64,000 nucleotides of DNA from Schmidtea polychroa. Its lineage: Eukaryota. A model generated the notes under the pieces. The model was not told where the DNA came from. It did no database searches and saw nothing but the letters and a program-made list of their open reading frames with translations. The stretch lies in contig CM097885.1 of the NCBI GenBank assembly GCA_044892525.1, positions 41,914,001 to 41,978,000 on the forward strand, written 5' to 3'. The translations under genes and the position numbers were made by a program. Positions 1-34,679 of this stretch are shown here, piece after piece; position 1 is the stretch's first letter; each line of letters opens with the position of its first letter.

Positions 1-400
1 GGATAGCAGATTCTTATGTGGATGCTCATGGCAAAAGTCCCATAATGAGTAGTATGAATACGTTGCTGACAAGTATGGTGAAAAAAAATTAAATCGATCA
101 TCGATAGAGACATTCTTTTTGATGAATATGTTCTCATGAAGTCATTTGTTGAAGATAAGTTGTCATCGTATGCAGATGAAGAATTTACTGTTGAGAAAAT
201 ATGGATTAATATTTTTAGTAACTTTCACGAACAATCAACTCGCTTGATTAACATGAAAATGTGCGCAGAGCTTGCATTTTCATTGCCAGGAACATCGTGT
301 TACGTAAAAAAAATTTTTTACTTTCATTAATCGAGCGTGGGAGGATGTGAAAAACAGATTTGATGTTCAAACTATAAGCACTTTACCCATTATCCAATGA
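1..400 (+). mobile_element. hAT-type transposase C-terminal remnant (partial)
   Basis: ORF 136..330 contains W-x-N...AELAFSLPGTSCYVKKIF, resembling the hAT dimerisation motif (L-x-x-P-x-T/S-x-x-x-ER-x-FS); degraded. Confidence 0.5.
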
Positions 401-755
401 ATAAAGCGGTCTCCCTTAGGGTTACCTGCTTCCAATTTTATTACTGAGTATCACACTAAAGTGCAATAGAGAACTTTGTATCAAAATTTATAATATATAA
501 GTTTATAAAATATCAGTTATTTATTAGTGAACCCGATCAATGAGCCCCATTGATTGAGGATCACTGATCTAGTGCCTAACAGGCCAGATAAGGGTTGGGA
601 AATAGTTGGCACAAATTTCATGTTAATTTTTATCAGTAAAAATAAAGTTTTAGCATTAAAAATCAATACCGCATATATTATACGAAATAAGTAAAGGACA
701 ACTACTATTCTATAATAATAAATACACAATACACACAGTCATTTTGATCTCAGCG

Positions 756-21686
<20,931 letters not shown>

Positions 21687-22899
21687 CTTAATACATATAT
21701 TAAAAAAATTAGTTTATCTAAAAGGATTTAAACAAACTATCCTATCGAGGCTTCGGAAAGGTATTTAAATTTAATAATTTAAATTTATTAATATTATTAA
21801 AAATTTAATAATATTTTATTAAAATTTCATGAATTTTTAATATTTCTTAGTATAAAGTGACATATTGCTTTCCTTTTTAGAAAATTTTGTATTTTATTAA
21901 TTTATTAATTTAAATTTATTTTCAATCGCGATTCTGTAGACCTTTCTATTGCAATTTTTTATTTTAAAAATTGAAATTATCTATACCTAAAAATTTATTT
22001 AACAAATTGCATTGTATATCTTCATCTCAGATTTTTTAGTGTGCGATTAATTTATGGTCTTGAATATGTGGTATAACAAATAACACATTTCATTATGGGG
22101 AGAATCTTTTACTTTTGTATGTTTGTCCATTCCATACTTTCACTGTTTCACCTTCCCCTAGCAATCACACATAGTTATTTTATTCTAACACTAAATAACA
22201 ATGCTTTGGTTTTAATAGTTAAGCGGCTAAATTAATAATATGATATTTTGGCTTTAATTTATGGAATATAGTCAAATTCTGACTTTCAGCTGAGGTATGC
22301 TCTCTTATCTCGAAGTCAATAGATTTTTCTCTTACAATTTTATAGTCTCTTTCGCTTATCTATGAGCCCCTAGTTGTCAAAGCCAGTATTTAATTAAATC
22401 TACTATTAAGAATTTATTCATTTTAGTTTTCAACTTTAAGAATGAAAATAAACAATCAAGAAAACTTTGATAATAAAAAAGCAATGAAGTATGAAGTCTT
22501 TATTTTAATAATTATGAAACTGGAACTCTTTTTTTCAGCTATTGGGTTTATACCTTGTTCCCTCCTTTGTCCATCTCCCTGTCCAACGAATTCTGGACTA
22601 ATAATATATTATCGAGTTTTAATAATAAAAAATAACACATAATACCACAAAACTCATAAATGCAAAACCTGTAAATAAAGCAACAAAACATATAAATAAT
22701 AATACAAACATGTAAATACAAAACAACACATAAAACATGTAAATAATACTAATCTAAATACTAATGTAAATAATCTACATAATATTCTAAATAATAATAA
22801 TAAACGGCCTATTATTAGTCTTGGGTCTTGTGTCCCCGCTAAAATTACTAAAATAGATCAAATAAGTGATTTAAATAATAATCAAAAAGGCGGTTCAGT

Positions 22900-25800
22900 A
22901 AATAATCAAATAGTCGGTTCGATCGATATTGACGACGAACCTGAAATTGAAATAGATTTAAGGGGTCTATAAAGAATTTACGATTTAATGTCGAAAAAGA
23001 TAATTTAATAGAAATTGTCATTACAAATAAGATCACAAATAAATTAACTACCGAAATAAAAGGAATGGGGACAATGAAAATACAATTCACCGTTTTAATA
23101 CAATTTGAAAAAGATGGGAAATTAGAGATAATTTCTTCTCTAATGATGCAGAGGTTTTTTCACATAATTTTTTGGTTGCGGGGGTTAATAAATAAAATGA
23201 GAAAATAGAAAGATTCACATATTTGGGTAGCGGATGGTAGGTGGTTAAAATCAAAGAGATTTTATATTAACAAAATTTACCCATATGAATAGGCTAGCTG
23301 GACATAGTTACATCCCCACACCATCAGCTTTAAATTTTAAGAAAGCAATAGTAAACGTCAAAAACACCGATGACGTGTGCTTTATATATAGTATTTTAGC
23401 CCTTTTAAAACGTAATGTAGTACATATAAATAGAAATAGAGTTAGTTCCTATGAAAATTATCTTGACGAGTTAAATTTTGACCCGATTTCGGATTGTCCA
23501 ATGAAATTGTGTGACATCTCTAAATTTGAAAGGAAAGATAGTGATTTAAATTTATTAATAAGTGTCTTAACTTATAGAAAGACCCCAGCTGAACCTTTTA
23601 AAAATATAGTTGACGATTATTATATTCCACATCATCCCCAATTAGATACCATTCACCGATCTAAGGATATAGGTGGTGAACCCATTTACTTATTGTTATT
23701 AGAAGCCGGTGCCGATTTTCACTACACCGCAGTTTTTAACCTACAAAAATTAATGAATTGTCACCCGAGTAGATAATGTAGTGTTCGAATTTGTTAAACT
23801 GGTGTCCCATTGTCTTAATGGGTTTAGACTTAAAAATGCCTTTGATATTCATGTAGCATAAAATCCAGTTAGGATCAACCTTATATATCCTACCTAAAGA
23901 TAAAAAGTTAATTTTCAAAAATTATTCTAAAACAATCACCCCGTCATTCGTGATATATGCGAATTTTGAGGCAATTTTACCCGAGGATATCAAGCACCAC
24001 TAAAGGCACATGCCAATAACACCAGGCATGTTATTAATTAATAATTATAATAAAATAAGATGTTATTATGAGTTTGTTGGGGGATGATTGTGTCTTGTCT
24101 TTCTTACTTAAGGTGGAGGAACTTTCTGTCACAATTGTCCTGCCATATTACGAAATTAGTGGTCGAAAGCCCATACAATTCTTGTCTTTCGATGAAGAGC
24201 GTGCCTTTCGAGATTCTAGAACCTGTTTTCTTCGTAAGAAATTCATTCGCAACCATTGTCACTTCTCAGGTAATTATTTTGGTGCTGCTTGTAGGAATTA
24301 TAATGTTTCTCGAAGAATTCAGAGACAGTTACCTGTTGTCTTTCATAATTTGAAGGGTTATGATCTCCATCATATTTTAAAGTATAGTCTCAATAATTTT
24401 CTTTCTTGGGAATTAAATATTATTCCGACCACTACCGAAAAATGCATCCCCTCATCGCGTATATTAACAAATTGCCTGTTCGTTTTATTAAGAGCATGCA
24501 GTTTGTTAATTCATCTTTAGCAAAAGCGGTTAAGACTCTTTCCGATCAGCCTTTAACTTCTTCTGTTTTTGATGGCGCAATTGTTCGAGCCGAAGGTATC
24601 TTTCCTTATGACTTCGCTACATCACTTGAGGTTCTGGAATCGACTCTTGAATTACCTCATATCTGGGATTCTGTGTCTAATGATGAGTATGCATTAGCCA
24701 AAGGTATTTGAACTCAGAAAAATTATAACAATGTGTTAGACTATATGTTAACATACCTTAAATTAGAAGTGTTTCTCCTCGCAGACTATTTCCAACAATT
24801 CATTGATTACAATGGTCTTGAGTCTCTTAATTTCTATGGCATTCTCGGTATGTCATGGGCCTCAGCGTTTATGGCATTAACGGAACCCATTGAACTTTTG
24901 CAGGACATGGAAATGTTTAATTTCTATGAAGCAAGGATACGGGGTGCGTTACCATTTGTTAACAAACATTATGTTGCAAGTTCTGAAGACACAGAACTCT
25001 TGTACATTGATATCAATAACTTGTATGATTGGGCCTTAAGCCAAAAGCTTCCGTATGCTGACTTTGTATGGGTGTATGATGATCTTGATTCTGTCTTGAA
25101 GGAATGTATAAATGAGGATATAGAAATTCTTTCATATAGATATACTATGAAAGTGGATATCGATATTCCGAAAAGTTTGCATGATTTTTTGAATGATTTT
25201 CCGATTGGTCCGGGAAAGATGTGCCCGCCTAATTCGAAAGTTGAGAAGCTAATGCTCACGACTTGGCCCAAGAAGAACCATGTTCTTCATTGGAGGCCTC
25301 TGAATCTGTATATAGAATTGGGGGTTTTAATTAAAACTGTATATAGAGCAATTAAATCCACACATGCACTCATTTTTAAATCGGCATAGACAAAAACACT
25401 TATTTGCGAGCCAATTCTACATGCGAGTTATATAGAGATCTGTATAAATTATTTAACAATAGTTTGTATGGGAAATCTGTCGAGAATCTTAAAAATCGGA
25501 TGAATTTGAGGCTATGTAATTTTGCTGAAAATATAATTGTATATATGCATCAAAACATACTTTCAGAAAATCTATCAAAATTGATGATAATCTGATTGCG
25601 GCTCATTTGGATAAAAATTCTATATGTTTAGACAAGCCTAGCTATATTGGTCAAACAGTGTTAGATTTGTCTAAACTACGGATGTACCGGCTTCAGTATG
25701 CGGAATTGGCTAGATATAGGAATGAATTTAAATTTGATATAAATATCGTAGCCAGTGACACTGACTCATTTTTACTTGAAGTTAGGCACTGTAAGCTTGA

Positions 25801-26230
25801 CGCTCTTTTACCGGCAATGATTCCTGACAATCTTTTAGACACTTCCAACTATGACCCATTACATCCTTTATACTCGAGAAACCTAGATTCTATGATAGAG
25901 AAGTTTAAAAATGAAAGTAAAGGTCTCGGATATAAGGAGTGGGTTTTATTTAGACCCAAGTGTTATAGTTTCTTAGGGGCTAAAGATAATTTAAAAGCAA
26001 AGGGAGTCAAATTGATAGGGACTGAAATTGGACACCAGTCATATTTAGACTGCTACAACAACAATGTAATATTTTCTGTTCCACAAACTAGAATAGGGAC
26101 GCGCAACCACTAGCTTCTTACGTTTAAAAATAGCAAGATTGCATTCTCAAACAACGACGACAAACGATTATGGGTGGGGAAATTTTCCAGTCTCGCATTC
26201 GATCATTATTTTGGAATGGATGCCTTAGAT
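22900..26230 (+). pseudogene. Polinton/Maverick (adintovirus-like) protein-primed DNA polymerase B, frameshifted pseudogene
   Basis: Collinear fragments: GSGW, SYIPTP..L..KKAIVNVKNTDDVCF, HCHFSGNYFGAAC (endonuclease VII-like), VVFHNLKGYD, YIDINNLY.WALSQKLP, KLFNNSLYGK, SDTDSF, RPKCYS, KAKGVK, DDKR; many stops and frameshifts. Confidence 0.92.
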
Positions 26231-26394
26231 GTTGATCAAGTATTTTCAAAAATTGTTCCACTATTCGGAAGTCTAAGTAGATTTCAATGATGATCACAAT
26301 AATATATATTATCGAATTGAACTGTGATTTAATATATCGTTTTTTAAATTACTTTTAATGTCTTAATTTATTATCATTTTTATGATGTGAAAAC

Positions 26395-26410
26395 TAATAA
26401 TAATTTTGTA

Positions 26411-26479
<69 letters not shown>

Positions 26480-26626
26480 TTAATAAAAATAATAATTATG
26501 ACAATATTATTAATAATATAAAATGATGATTTCTTGGTAGCAGCATTTATTATTTAAAACAATAAAATGATAATTTAAGCCTTTCGCTGCAAATAATGTA
26601 TATAATGAAAATATTTTATTGTTTTA

Positions 26627-26667
<41 letters not shown>

Positions 26668-26730
26668 AAATGAAAATAAAAATAATAAAAATAAATAAAT
26701 AAAAATAAAAATAATAATAATAAATAATTG
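26395..26730. repeat. (AAT)n microsatellites
   Basis: AAT runs at about 26411-26480 and 26627-26665. Confidence 0.9.
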
Positions 26731-27512
26731 ATTAAAATATTTTTTTTAAAGATGTTTAACAATAAAATAAGATAAACATTACAAGCTTTGTGATACCCAG
26801 TGTAAATCCCAATAGTAGACTAGTTTCGAGCTTTTGGCTCTCATCAGTACTATGTAGGAGACGCGAAGATTTCTCTTCGCGCCAGGTAAGTATCGAATTG
26901 GTGATTCCACTCTATTGCATACTTTACCTGCTACACTGGAAATTACATCACTTGCAAATCACTTGGCAAACGGGAAGTTCCACTCCACCATAACTATTAA
27001 AATTAGTCAATAAACAAAAAAATTTTAACTTGAAATGAACAATAAAAAGAACAAAAAAAATCTAAGTTGAATGCAAAAATTTATTAAGTTAAAAATTAAT
27101 TCACACAAAACAAACTTACCCCGATGGCACAAACTGAAAACTGAGAGTAAGTTGACAACAAAAAATTGTGTCTAAAATTTCATTAAAAGTTAGGTTTAAA
27201 TAAATTTTCCGTAGGTATTTATACTGATTTTGATTGTACGTCTACGCATTCTCTGCCACTATATCCAATTGGAATGCAGGTAATTTTGAATTCCTTTACA
27301 CACATACATGATTTAATTGATTGTTTTAAATAATCAAATTATTTAAATAATTTTATTTTTTATTACTTTTATTTATCAATTTTAATGGAAATTTTTAATT
27401 AAAATTTTTAAAATTTATTTATTTATAAAAATTTTCCTGTTCTTTTACTTTATGTATGTACTCTTTGCCATAGCTCCTTCGTGTGCAAATACGAGCCATA
27501 ACATCCCTAATG

Positions 27513-27660
27513 AATTTGATTATGGTCTTTCGTATGTAAATATGGCCAATAATCATTCTTGATTTTTTCATATTATCAATTATTTTATTTATTCTAATTA
27601 ATTTGATTATGGTCTTTCGTATGCAAATATGACCAATAATCATTCTCAATTTTTTATATT
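27513..27660. repeat. Tandem duplication, unit about 88 bp
   Basis: ATTTGATTATGGTCTTTCGTATG(T/C)AAATATG(G/A)CCAATAATCATTCT occurs twice. Confidence 0.8.
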
Positions 27661-28567
27661 ACCAATTATTTATTTTATTATTCTTCTATTTTCTAGTTTG
27701 CAGATTTTTCGAATGCGTTATTTCTCTCTTAACTGTTTTGGTGATTGCCACTACTTGCGTTCCTTTATTTTATTATACGTGTTTTATTTGTTCTCAATGT
27801 GTGTACTTTACTTTGTATTATTTTGTGTATAATCATAGATTTTAATTCAATTTGGTGCAGTTTTTATGCTATGTATTTCCGACTCATTAAAACAAGCTCT
27901 CAATTTTTGGCTTTAGCCCAGAAATTTCCCATATGTCCCACTTATAGTGTACCCCGCTCATGTAAATATCTCCTCATGGTACGCTTAGAGTCTTCCAACT
28001 GATATTCTACTTATTCCATATTTTCAGCTGTTTCTCTCTCTGACTTTCCGGAATTTAAATATTGCCATGCTTCTCTTTTCAAATGTCATAATCAGGATAA
28101 TTTATTAATATTATTTTAATACAGATAAACAAACGCACAAATGAATAACTGAATTAAAAGAATTAATTATTATTAATTTTAGAGAAAACTAAATAAATAG
28201 ACATTTTTCGTTCGTGTTTTCGTTAATTTTTATATTTGATAATTTTATCAAATTCCCCGCTTATTGAGTGTGCTCCAATTAGAAGCGCCCGCGTATATAA
28301 CTTATACTGTATATATAATAGTAACTAATTTTCAATTTTCACCTCTGATTTCTTTTCAATTGACAAAAATCCGTGAATATAAAAAAACATCGATATCTCT
28401 ACTGATTCGTAGATTTTTTTGTATATTATCATGAACTAATTATAACGAATGTCATCATTATAATTTGTTTAGGTTATCAATAATTGTTTTAGTCATTCAA
28501 AAACCCGTTCATTATTATTATAAACAATTTACCCTTTGAAATTATATAAACAGAGAATTATTGGAGG

Positions 28568-30018
28568 ATGACAAATTTCAATGAGATGTGGAATCTTTTA
28601 AAAAAATATTCATTTGATATTGACAATCAATTACTTCAGCACTTAAAATGTGTAATTTGCAACAAGTTATTAATTGATGCACATGAAAGTCTTTGCGGTT
28701 GCAATTACTGCCGAGATTGTATTGAATCCTATCTGGAAAAAGGACCAAGACAATGTCCAGGAGACAGTATTGACTGCATGCTCACTATTCTTGAATCCAA
28801 CATGAATATCATTCGGTCTAATAGTACTAATAGAAAAATTCTAAATCTCAGAACCAACTGCCCATCAGATGGTTGCAATTTTACAGGAGAATTATGGGCA
28901 ATAAACGATCATTTAAGGATCTGTGACAAACGCTCAATATATTGTCCATATAAAGAAATTGGTTGCCATCAACCTCCCATTCATATAGATAATGTTTCTG
29001 ATCATTTGATTGTCAAACAGTTTCAACATGCACAACTCTTAATTAATTTCATTTTAAATTTAAAAAATGAAAACGTTTTATCTAACAGTCTCAAGATTTC
29101 TGAACCTGTCGATGTTTTATTTGTAAATCAAGCAACTACAGCAAAAAGTTACCAGGTTTGAAAAGCACTTACCAAAATTGTATTTATCTTATTATTTAGG
29201 TTAATGTCGAAAATATTCCAAAGATTTTACAAGACCTAAATGAGGAAAATATCAAACTAAAGAATGAAATTGTCAAAAATAGACATTATCTGGAAGAAGA
29301 AATCGATAAATTAAAACAATTGATAAACTCAAAATTTGAGCGAAATCGCAATCAAGAATTATCCAATGAGATTAATCGGGAAAATGCAATAAATAATTTC
29401 AATAATGGAGACAAAATCCAAGATATTAAGAACAATTTGAAGAAAACTTCTTTGGATGATTTACCGACTTATAATGTATTTTCTATCATATTGTAAATAA
29501 ACAATTTTATTAACTGTTTACTACAGACTTTGAAACCGATTCAAAGTGATAATAATATATGTTTACAAAACTTACCAATCGAACAACCTCTAAAACTATC
29601 AGAAGTTCTTCCATGTCAAATTGCTACATTCGCATGGGTGATTTCTGATTTATCGAAGATTATGAAAAAGAATCACATTGTTGACAGTGAACATTTCTTC
29701 TCGACAAATAGAGATTTGAAAATATGGCTTGACCTCTACACAGGAAACCGAAATATTATGAGAATTCGAATTTACATTTCAGTCACGACGGCAAATTCCT
29801 CATTAAAGTGGCCACTATTCTGTCAGGTAGAACTCACAATAAAAAGCATCAAAGATCCAAATGCATTTCAAAGAGTTTCCAAAAACTGTTGTTTCGATAA
29901 ACCGAGATTCAATTCCTCTTATGAAACGTTTGAGATTCGCAATTCAGAGCTCGAGAATGCTAATGTCTTACAAGATAATAAGATTTCAATAGAATGCTCT
30001 CTGGGTATTAAGAATTAA
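28568..30018 (+). CDS. TRAF-like E3 ligase/adaptor (RING, TRAF zinc fingers, coiled coil, MATH), 3 exons, about 451 aa
   Basis: In-phase GT-AG exons 28568-29155, 29200-29475, 29527-30018. RING CVIC...CGCNYCRDC...CPGD; zinc fingers CP..GC.FTGEL....DHL..C and CPY..IGC; MATH-like FAWVISD...SEHFFS...KWP. Confidence 0.88.
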
Positions 30019-30347
30019 ATTAAACAATGAAATTTAAAATTTTATATTTTAGCAGAAATACTTCTTTTAAGACTTTTTTATTTGTTTAAAATTATTATTT
30101 TTATTTAAGATACCAATTTTTATTTTACCTAGAGACTCTGATCATTCTTCTCACTTCGGGCTAACAATAAAATTCTTCGTGTCGAGTCAGTGGATTAATT
30201 CAAATTTACAATTTGGCTTATATTTTCAATATAAACCCGAAACTAAACATATTATGCACATAATCACTAAGAAACTTGGTGCAAGCGACTCGGATTCAAA
30301 GTTGAGACAGTCGACACACCCTACTGTGCAATCGTATGAAGATTATA

Positions 30348-30487
30348 AACCCGGGAGATTATAAAATTGCGAACAGTGTAAATCACAGTGTAAATCACTA
30401 ACATGTGTAAACCAAAAATGTAAAAAAACACCTGTTATATTATTTCTTAAGCGTTACACTGTTCACAATTTTATAATCTCCCGGGTT
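30348..30487. mobile_element. Small foldback/MITE with 34-bp inverted repeats
   Basis: AACCCGGGAGATTATAAAATTG(C/T)GAACAGTGTAA inverted with one mismatch; CCC...GGG ends are piggyBac-like but the TTAA TSD is not intact. Confidence 0.65.
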
Positions 30488-31759
30488 CGAGGTTGTGGGA
30501 GTTGGCAACTTTAGACTAATACCATAAAGATTTAAACAAAACAATTATTTTTACATATTACATACTACAATTTACAAATCATGCTATTTTGTTTGTTTTA
30601 AAAAATTGTATTTTTCTTGTCGTTGGGCTGACTCCAATAGCTTTGGTGATTTTAGAGAAATCAAATAAAAGTTAAAACTTCAAAAACTGCACTTTTTTCT
30701 TGAAAAATTGTAAAATATTGTATAAACGGAAAGACGGGAGATTTACATCTCCTGGGTCATATTTAACCCGGAGACTGGAGACAAAAGCCGATTCCGGGAG
30801 ACTCGTGTGACTCCCGGCTAAAACGCGAGAGTTGGCAAGCCTACTTCTCACACTCAATGGGAGTCACCGTTGTTGATGTACCACCTACTCGGTAACACTG
30901 GAGTCGAGTTAGGCTTTGCAGTATTGGACGGTCTAAGTTGTTAACATAATCAAAACATTCAACCACCTAATGATGTGCTATAGAAAGTTATATTTGTAAA
31001 ACAAATTTATCAAGGATACCTTAACAATGTATAAATATTTACGCCATCCTAATTAGTACGTCGCGATACATGAAAATTATTACTGTCAATCTAAACAACG
31101 ATATAGAATTGATGCGCTAATAAATGCGACAGTTACGTTATAATTATTTCAATTTATTCATAAAATAACAATTGTTATTAGTTGAATAAAATCTGAAATA
31201 TAAAGAAAATTAACACTTTCTTGATAATAGGAATTTGACCTATAAAATACTTTCATTAATGTATGTTTGAACTAAGCATTTTGTGTTAACATTATAAAAA
31301 AAGTTCTTTATTTCTTTTATTTTTGTGTTTTATCATTTTCGTGTTTTGTAAGTTCTGGTGGGTTGCAGGTAATTCATATATTACCCTTTATTGCTGTTTC
31401 CAGCGTAACCAATAATACAAGAGTGCTATACCGCTCGATACCCGTTGAGTGATCAATTGTGGAACTGCATCGAGTGGGTGAGTATCGGCGAAAAGTGAGC
31501 ATACCTGTGTATACTATAATCGACAGGTGCTCAAGCAGGTTTGCGGACTTCCAATAGAAGGTCTGTGCCCGACTTTCTTTTAGGTCCCTTCTATAGTAGT
31601 AACTCTTAACTAGACTTTGTATCTGGCTTTCCTAGTATTTTGGCTGAACATAATTAAATGTCCAAAACATGAATATATTTATTTATGAAAGAAATCGATG
31701 GCTACACAAAGTTTATTTAATCTGATCTTAAGTCACACTTAACTTCTTATATATCTTGA

Positions 31760-32127
31760 GCCGTGCTCCCTCGGCTTTTTCGGGTCATTTTTTCTTCCTT
31801 GGAAACTGTTAATGCTTGGCGGATTCCACTAATTCCAATTACACCGGCTGAATTCGTTTAGACAACTAGTATTCGAAAAGTGTTCTGATTCATTTGCGTT
31901 TCTAGATGTACTAATTCGGAGCGCTTTCTGCTCAACTTGATCCTTCGTACTTTGAAGTTGCAATTGCTGTATTGATTTGAGTCGCTTCTGCATCTCAGTG
32001 GGACTGAACCAGATGTCTCGATCTTCATGCACTGTCCCTTGCGTTTGTTTATTCTAAGTTGCAAATCTTCCACTTGTTTCTGTGCCATTTCTCTGTCGGC
32101 CCTCAGGTTTTCCATCAATTGAATCAC
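31760..32127 (-). pseudogene. Frameshifted WFSP coiled-coil ORF
   Basis: LMENLRADREMAQKQVEDLQLRINK...WFSPTEMQKR...LQLQSTKDQVEQKAL aligns to 45850..46359; split over two frames. Confidence 0.8.
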
Positions 32128-32469
32128 TAAATGAGAAAAAAATATTGAATTTAAATTATTTTCATGACGATATTAAATGAATCCTGGGGTAGGGGTGTTT
32201 CACCAAGGCGTCCCATCTAGCTGAGTTAATGTGGGTCACTAATAAAGAGCCTATTTATTTTACTTGATGACTCCTCTCCCATTCCTGTTAATTTACTCTA
32301 CTTAAACATATCATATGATTAGTAATTTGGGTTTAAATTAAATTTCCGTGCTTCAACATCATCCCTCTACCATCATTTCTCACATCATGGAATAAATCAC
32401 CATTCCAATTCACGAAATTAAACATCAATTAAATAATTTATTAATTATAACACTGCATATCTTATAATT

Positions 32470-32830
32470 ACCATTGTAACTCATATAGTTCTTTTTCCGG
32501 CTTGCGGAGACGTCCCCGCTATCGATGAGGTTTCTCGTATTCCCAAGAGACCGAATTGGGTGTCTACCTTTCGATATTTGAGGTCATTGAATTCTTTTTT
32601 CCAATCTTCGTCGTGACTACCTAAGTATTCGCGTCCGTGTTTTCAATGAGATACGCTTCGATGTCTCGCTTGACCCGACGCAACCTGGCTGTAGCTTGAT
32701 AGATCTTATTGACTGCTTGCATCCACGCCAGTCTATTCGGGTTTAAAGTCGGCTCTTTCTTCAATACGATCATTGGACATTCATGTGGATTTCTGAGCTC
32801 GGAGCTCGATATCCGGTGTGTTTCTTACTG
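32470..32830 (-). pseudogene. Degraded AT-hook coiled-coil ORF
   Basis: VLKKEPTLNPNRLAWMQAVNKIYQATARLRRVKRDIEA...PHR*RGRLRK aligns to 45235..45597. Confidence 0.65.
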
Positions 32831-34679
32831 ACTGTTAATTGCTACATCATCCTAGCTGTGGACATGACACTCAATCACTTCAGTTTCATAGCCGAATCAA
32901 AATCGAAAAACACAATGCTTGTCGTAGTGTATTTGAAATTTTTAGTGAGGAGTCGTACTCATCGCATTCGCTTATCCCGTCACAATTCCGGTTAGAATTA
33001 GCTCCAAAAAATTTAGCGGTGATCTGCTATACTTTACCCATACCTCTCCTTAAATTTAGAGTTGAAACTACATTCGGAATTATTTGCCAGGGTCTGATCT
33101 CAATTTAACTCCTACCTTTCCTTGATTTGAAAGTTTGAAATAGAACTTGTTTAAGTCTTTCAATATTTCTGAGTGGATTTTAGGATTTTTGTAGAGCTTA
33201 AATTTGAATTGAATCGTAAATTTTAATAATTTAATTTAAAAAATAATATTTTGACAGAATTTTAGAACATAACAAAATTCGATTATTTGATGCCTTCAAA
33301 AATGGCTATAAATTTGGAAGATTACTGAGAATCACAAATAAATCGATTGGAAAAATAATTTACAAATACAAAAAATGTGGAGAAATTTCCAAAGAAAAAG
33401 GAGGTGGCAGTAAACAAATTATTTCAGAAGAACAAGGAAATAAATGTATTAAAAAATGTGTGTTTGGCGATTACTTTATTTAATAAATTATAGTTAAAAA
33501 TATATTTAACTTATATTATATCGAAATTATCTAAATACATAATTCTCGGTGTATATGTGAATGAGTGATTTTGGAATAACGCTTAATTAAATTTACCAAA
33601 TTGCAAATTTTATTATAACTTTTAATTTTTATTGACAACATGGCATTTTTTTAATATTATCTAAAAATCGACTTTCCTCTTTCGAATTATCCAATTTGGA
33701 CCATTAATTCTTTTTAATTCCTTTTTAAAATTCCGTCATTTCTGATGGGTTATAGCAAGTTCTAAAATCAATGTGATGCATAAATTTCTAAAAAGCTGAA
33801 AAGTAATTAAAAATAAATTATAATACAAATATTTTATATCTCGGTCCTTCACCGAAGACTACCTATATTTAAGGATATTTATCGGTAACCTTTTATATAT
33901 TTTTTAATTATCTTAATAAATTTCTAGACAATTATTGAATTTCGATAATCTCGAAGATGGGGTGTCATATCTTAAAGAAAAGATTCCCAGACATATGTCT
34001 TGAAACGGGTTCAAATCGAAATTTGTCTTCTTAGAGAAAATCGAAACGTGTGGTAGCACAATATACCAATTTTGATGTCCCTTCAGTTCGTGTCACTGAT
34101 GGGTTAACCCATATAAACGAACTATGCCCTCATTCATTTCAAAAAAGCCATTTTGGTTACTGACCAACAAGATTACCCAAGATACTGATGGAATAGTCAT
34201 AGATGACATGACCTTTCGTAGTTGACTTATGTAGTAATCATATGTAAGCAATTGAAAATAGATATCGCTATACTGAGGAAGAGTTTTCGGTGGTACACCT
34301 AAAACCAATACTAAATCATTTGGAACTCGAGTATCTTCCTTTCAAACGTAGCCGTCCTCGTGAGCAATATCACTAGGACTGACTCCCAAGTAGTAATTTA
34401 TATCTAATTTCATATTGACTGCTCGAACAGACATCGAATTCTGGCTCAAATAAAATGTTTAATTAAAGTTTATAAGTTTTACAATTTAAATAATGAAATT
34501 CAAGCCAGCATATTTATATACCCTTGTCTGAATAAACATACTGGTTCTAAAGTTTTCCACGGTGGTACACAAGTTTTTGCGATTTCTATGAAAGTGGAAC
34601 GGCGACTAAAATCTTTGAGAACTAGTATAGAGAAAAGAATCTTAAATAAATAGCTTTTAGAATATCATACAGAATTATT

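Larger units (their letters stand above)
31356..33120 (-). mobile_element. Truncated, degraded copy of the giant solo-LTR-like cargo element
   Basis: Terminus ...AACCCACCA (minus) matches the end at 46748; subterminal 150 nt homologous to 46560-46748; pseudogenised WFSP and AT-hook ORFs in the same order; other end not found. Confidence 0.8.

Noticed and set aside
27950..28310. Possible Tc1/pogo HTH remnant and TIR on the minus strand
   Set aside because: Too degraded and no partner TIR found.
33260..33450. Possible IS630/Tc1 N-terminal HTH fragment (KYKKCGEISKEKGGG)
   Set aside because: Short and frameshifted, with no supporting TIR.
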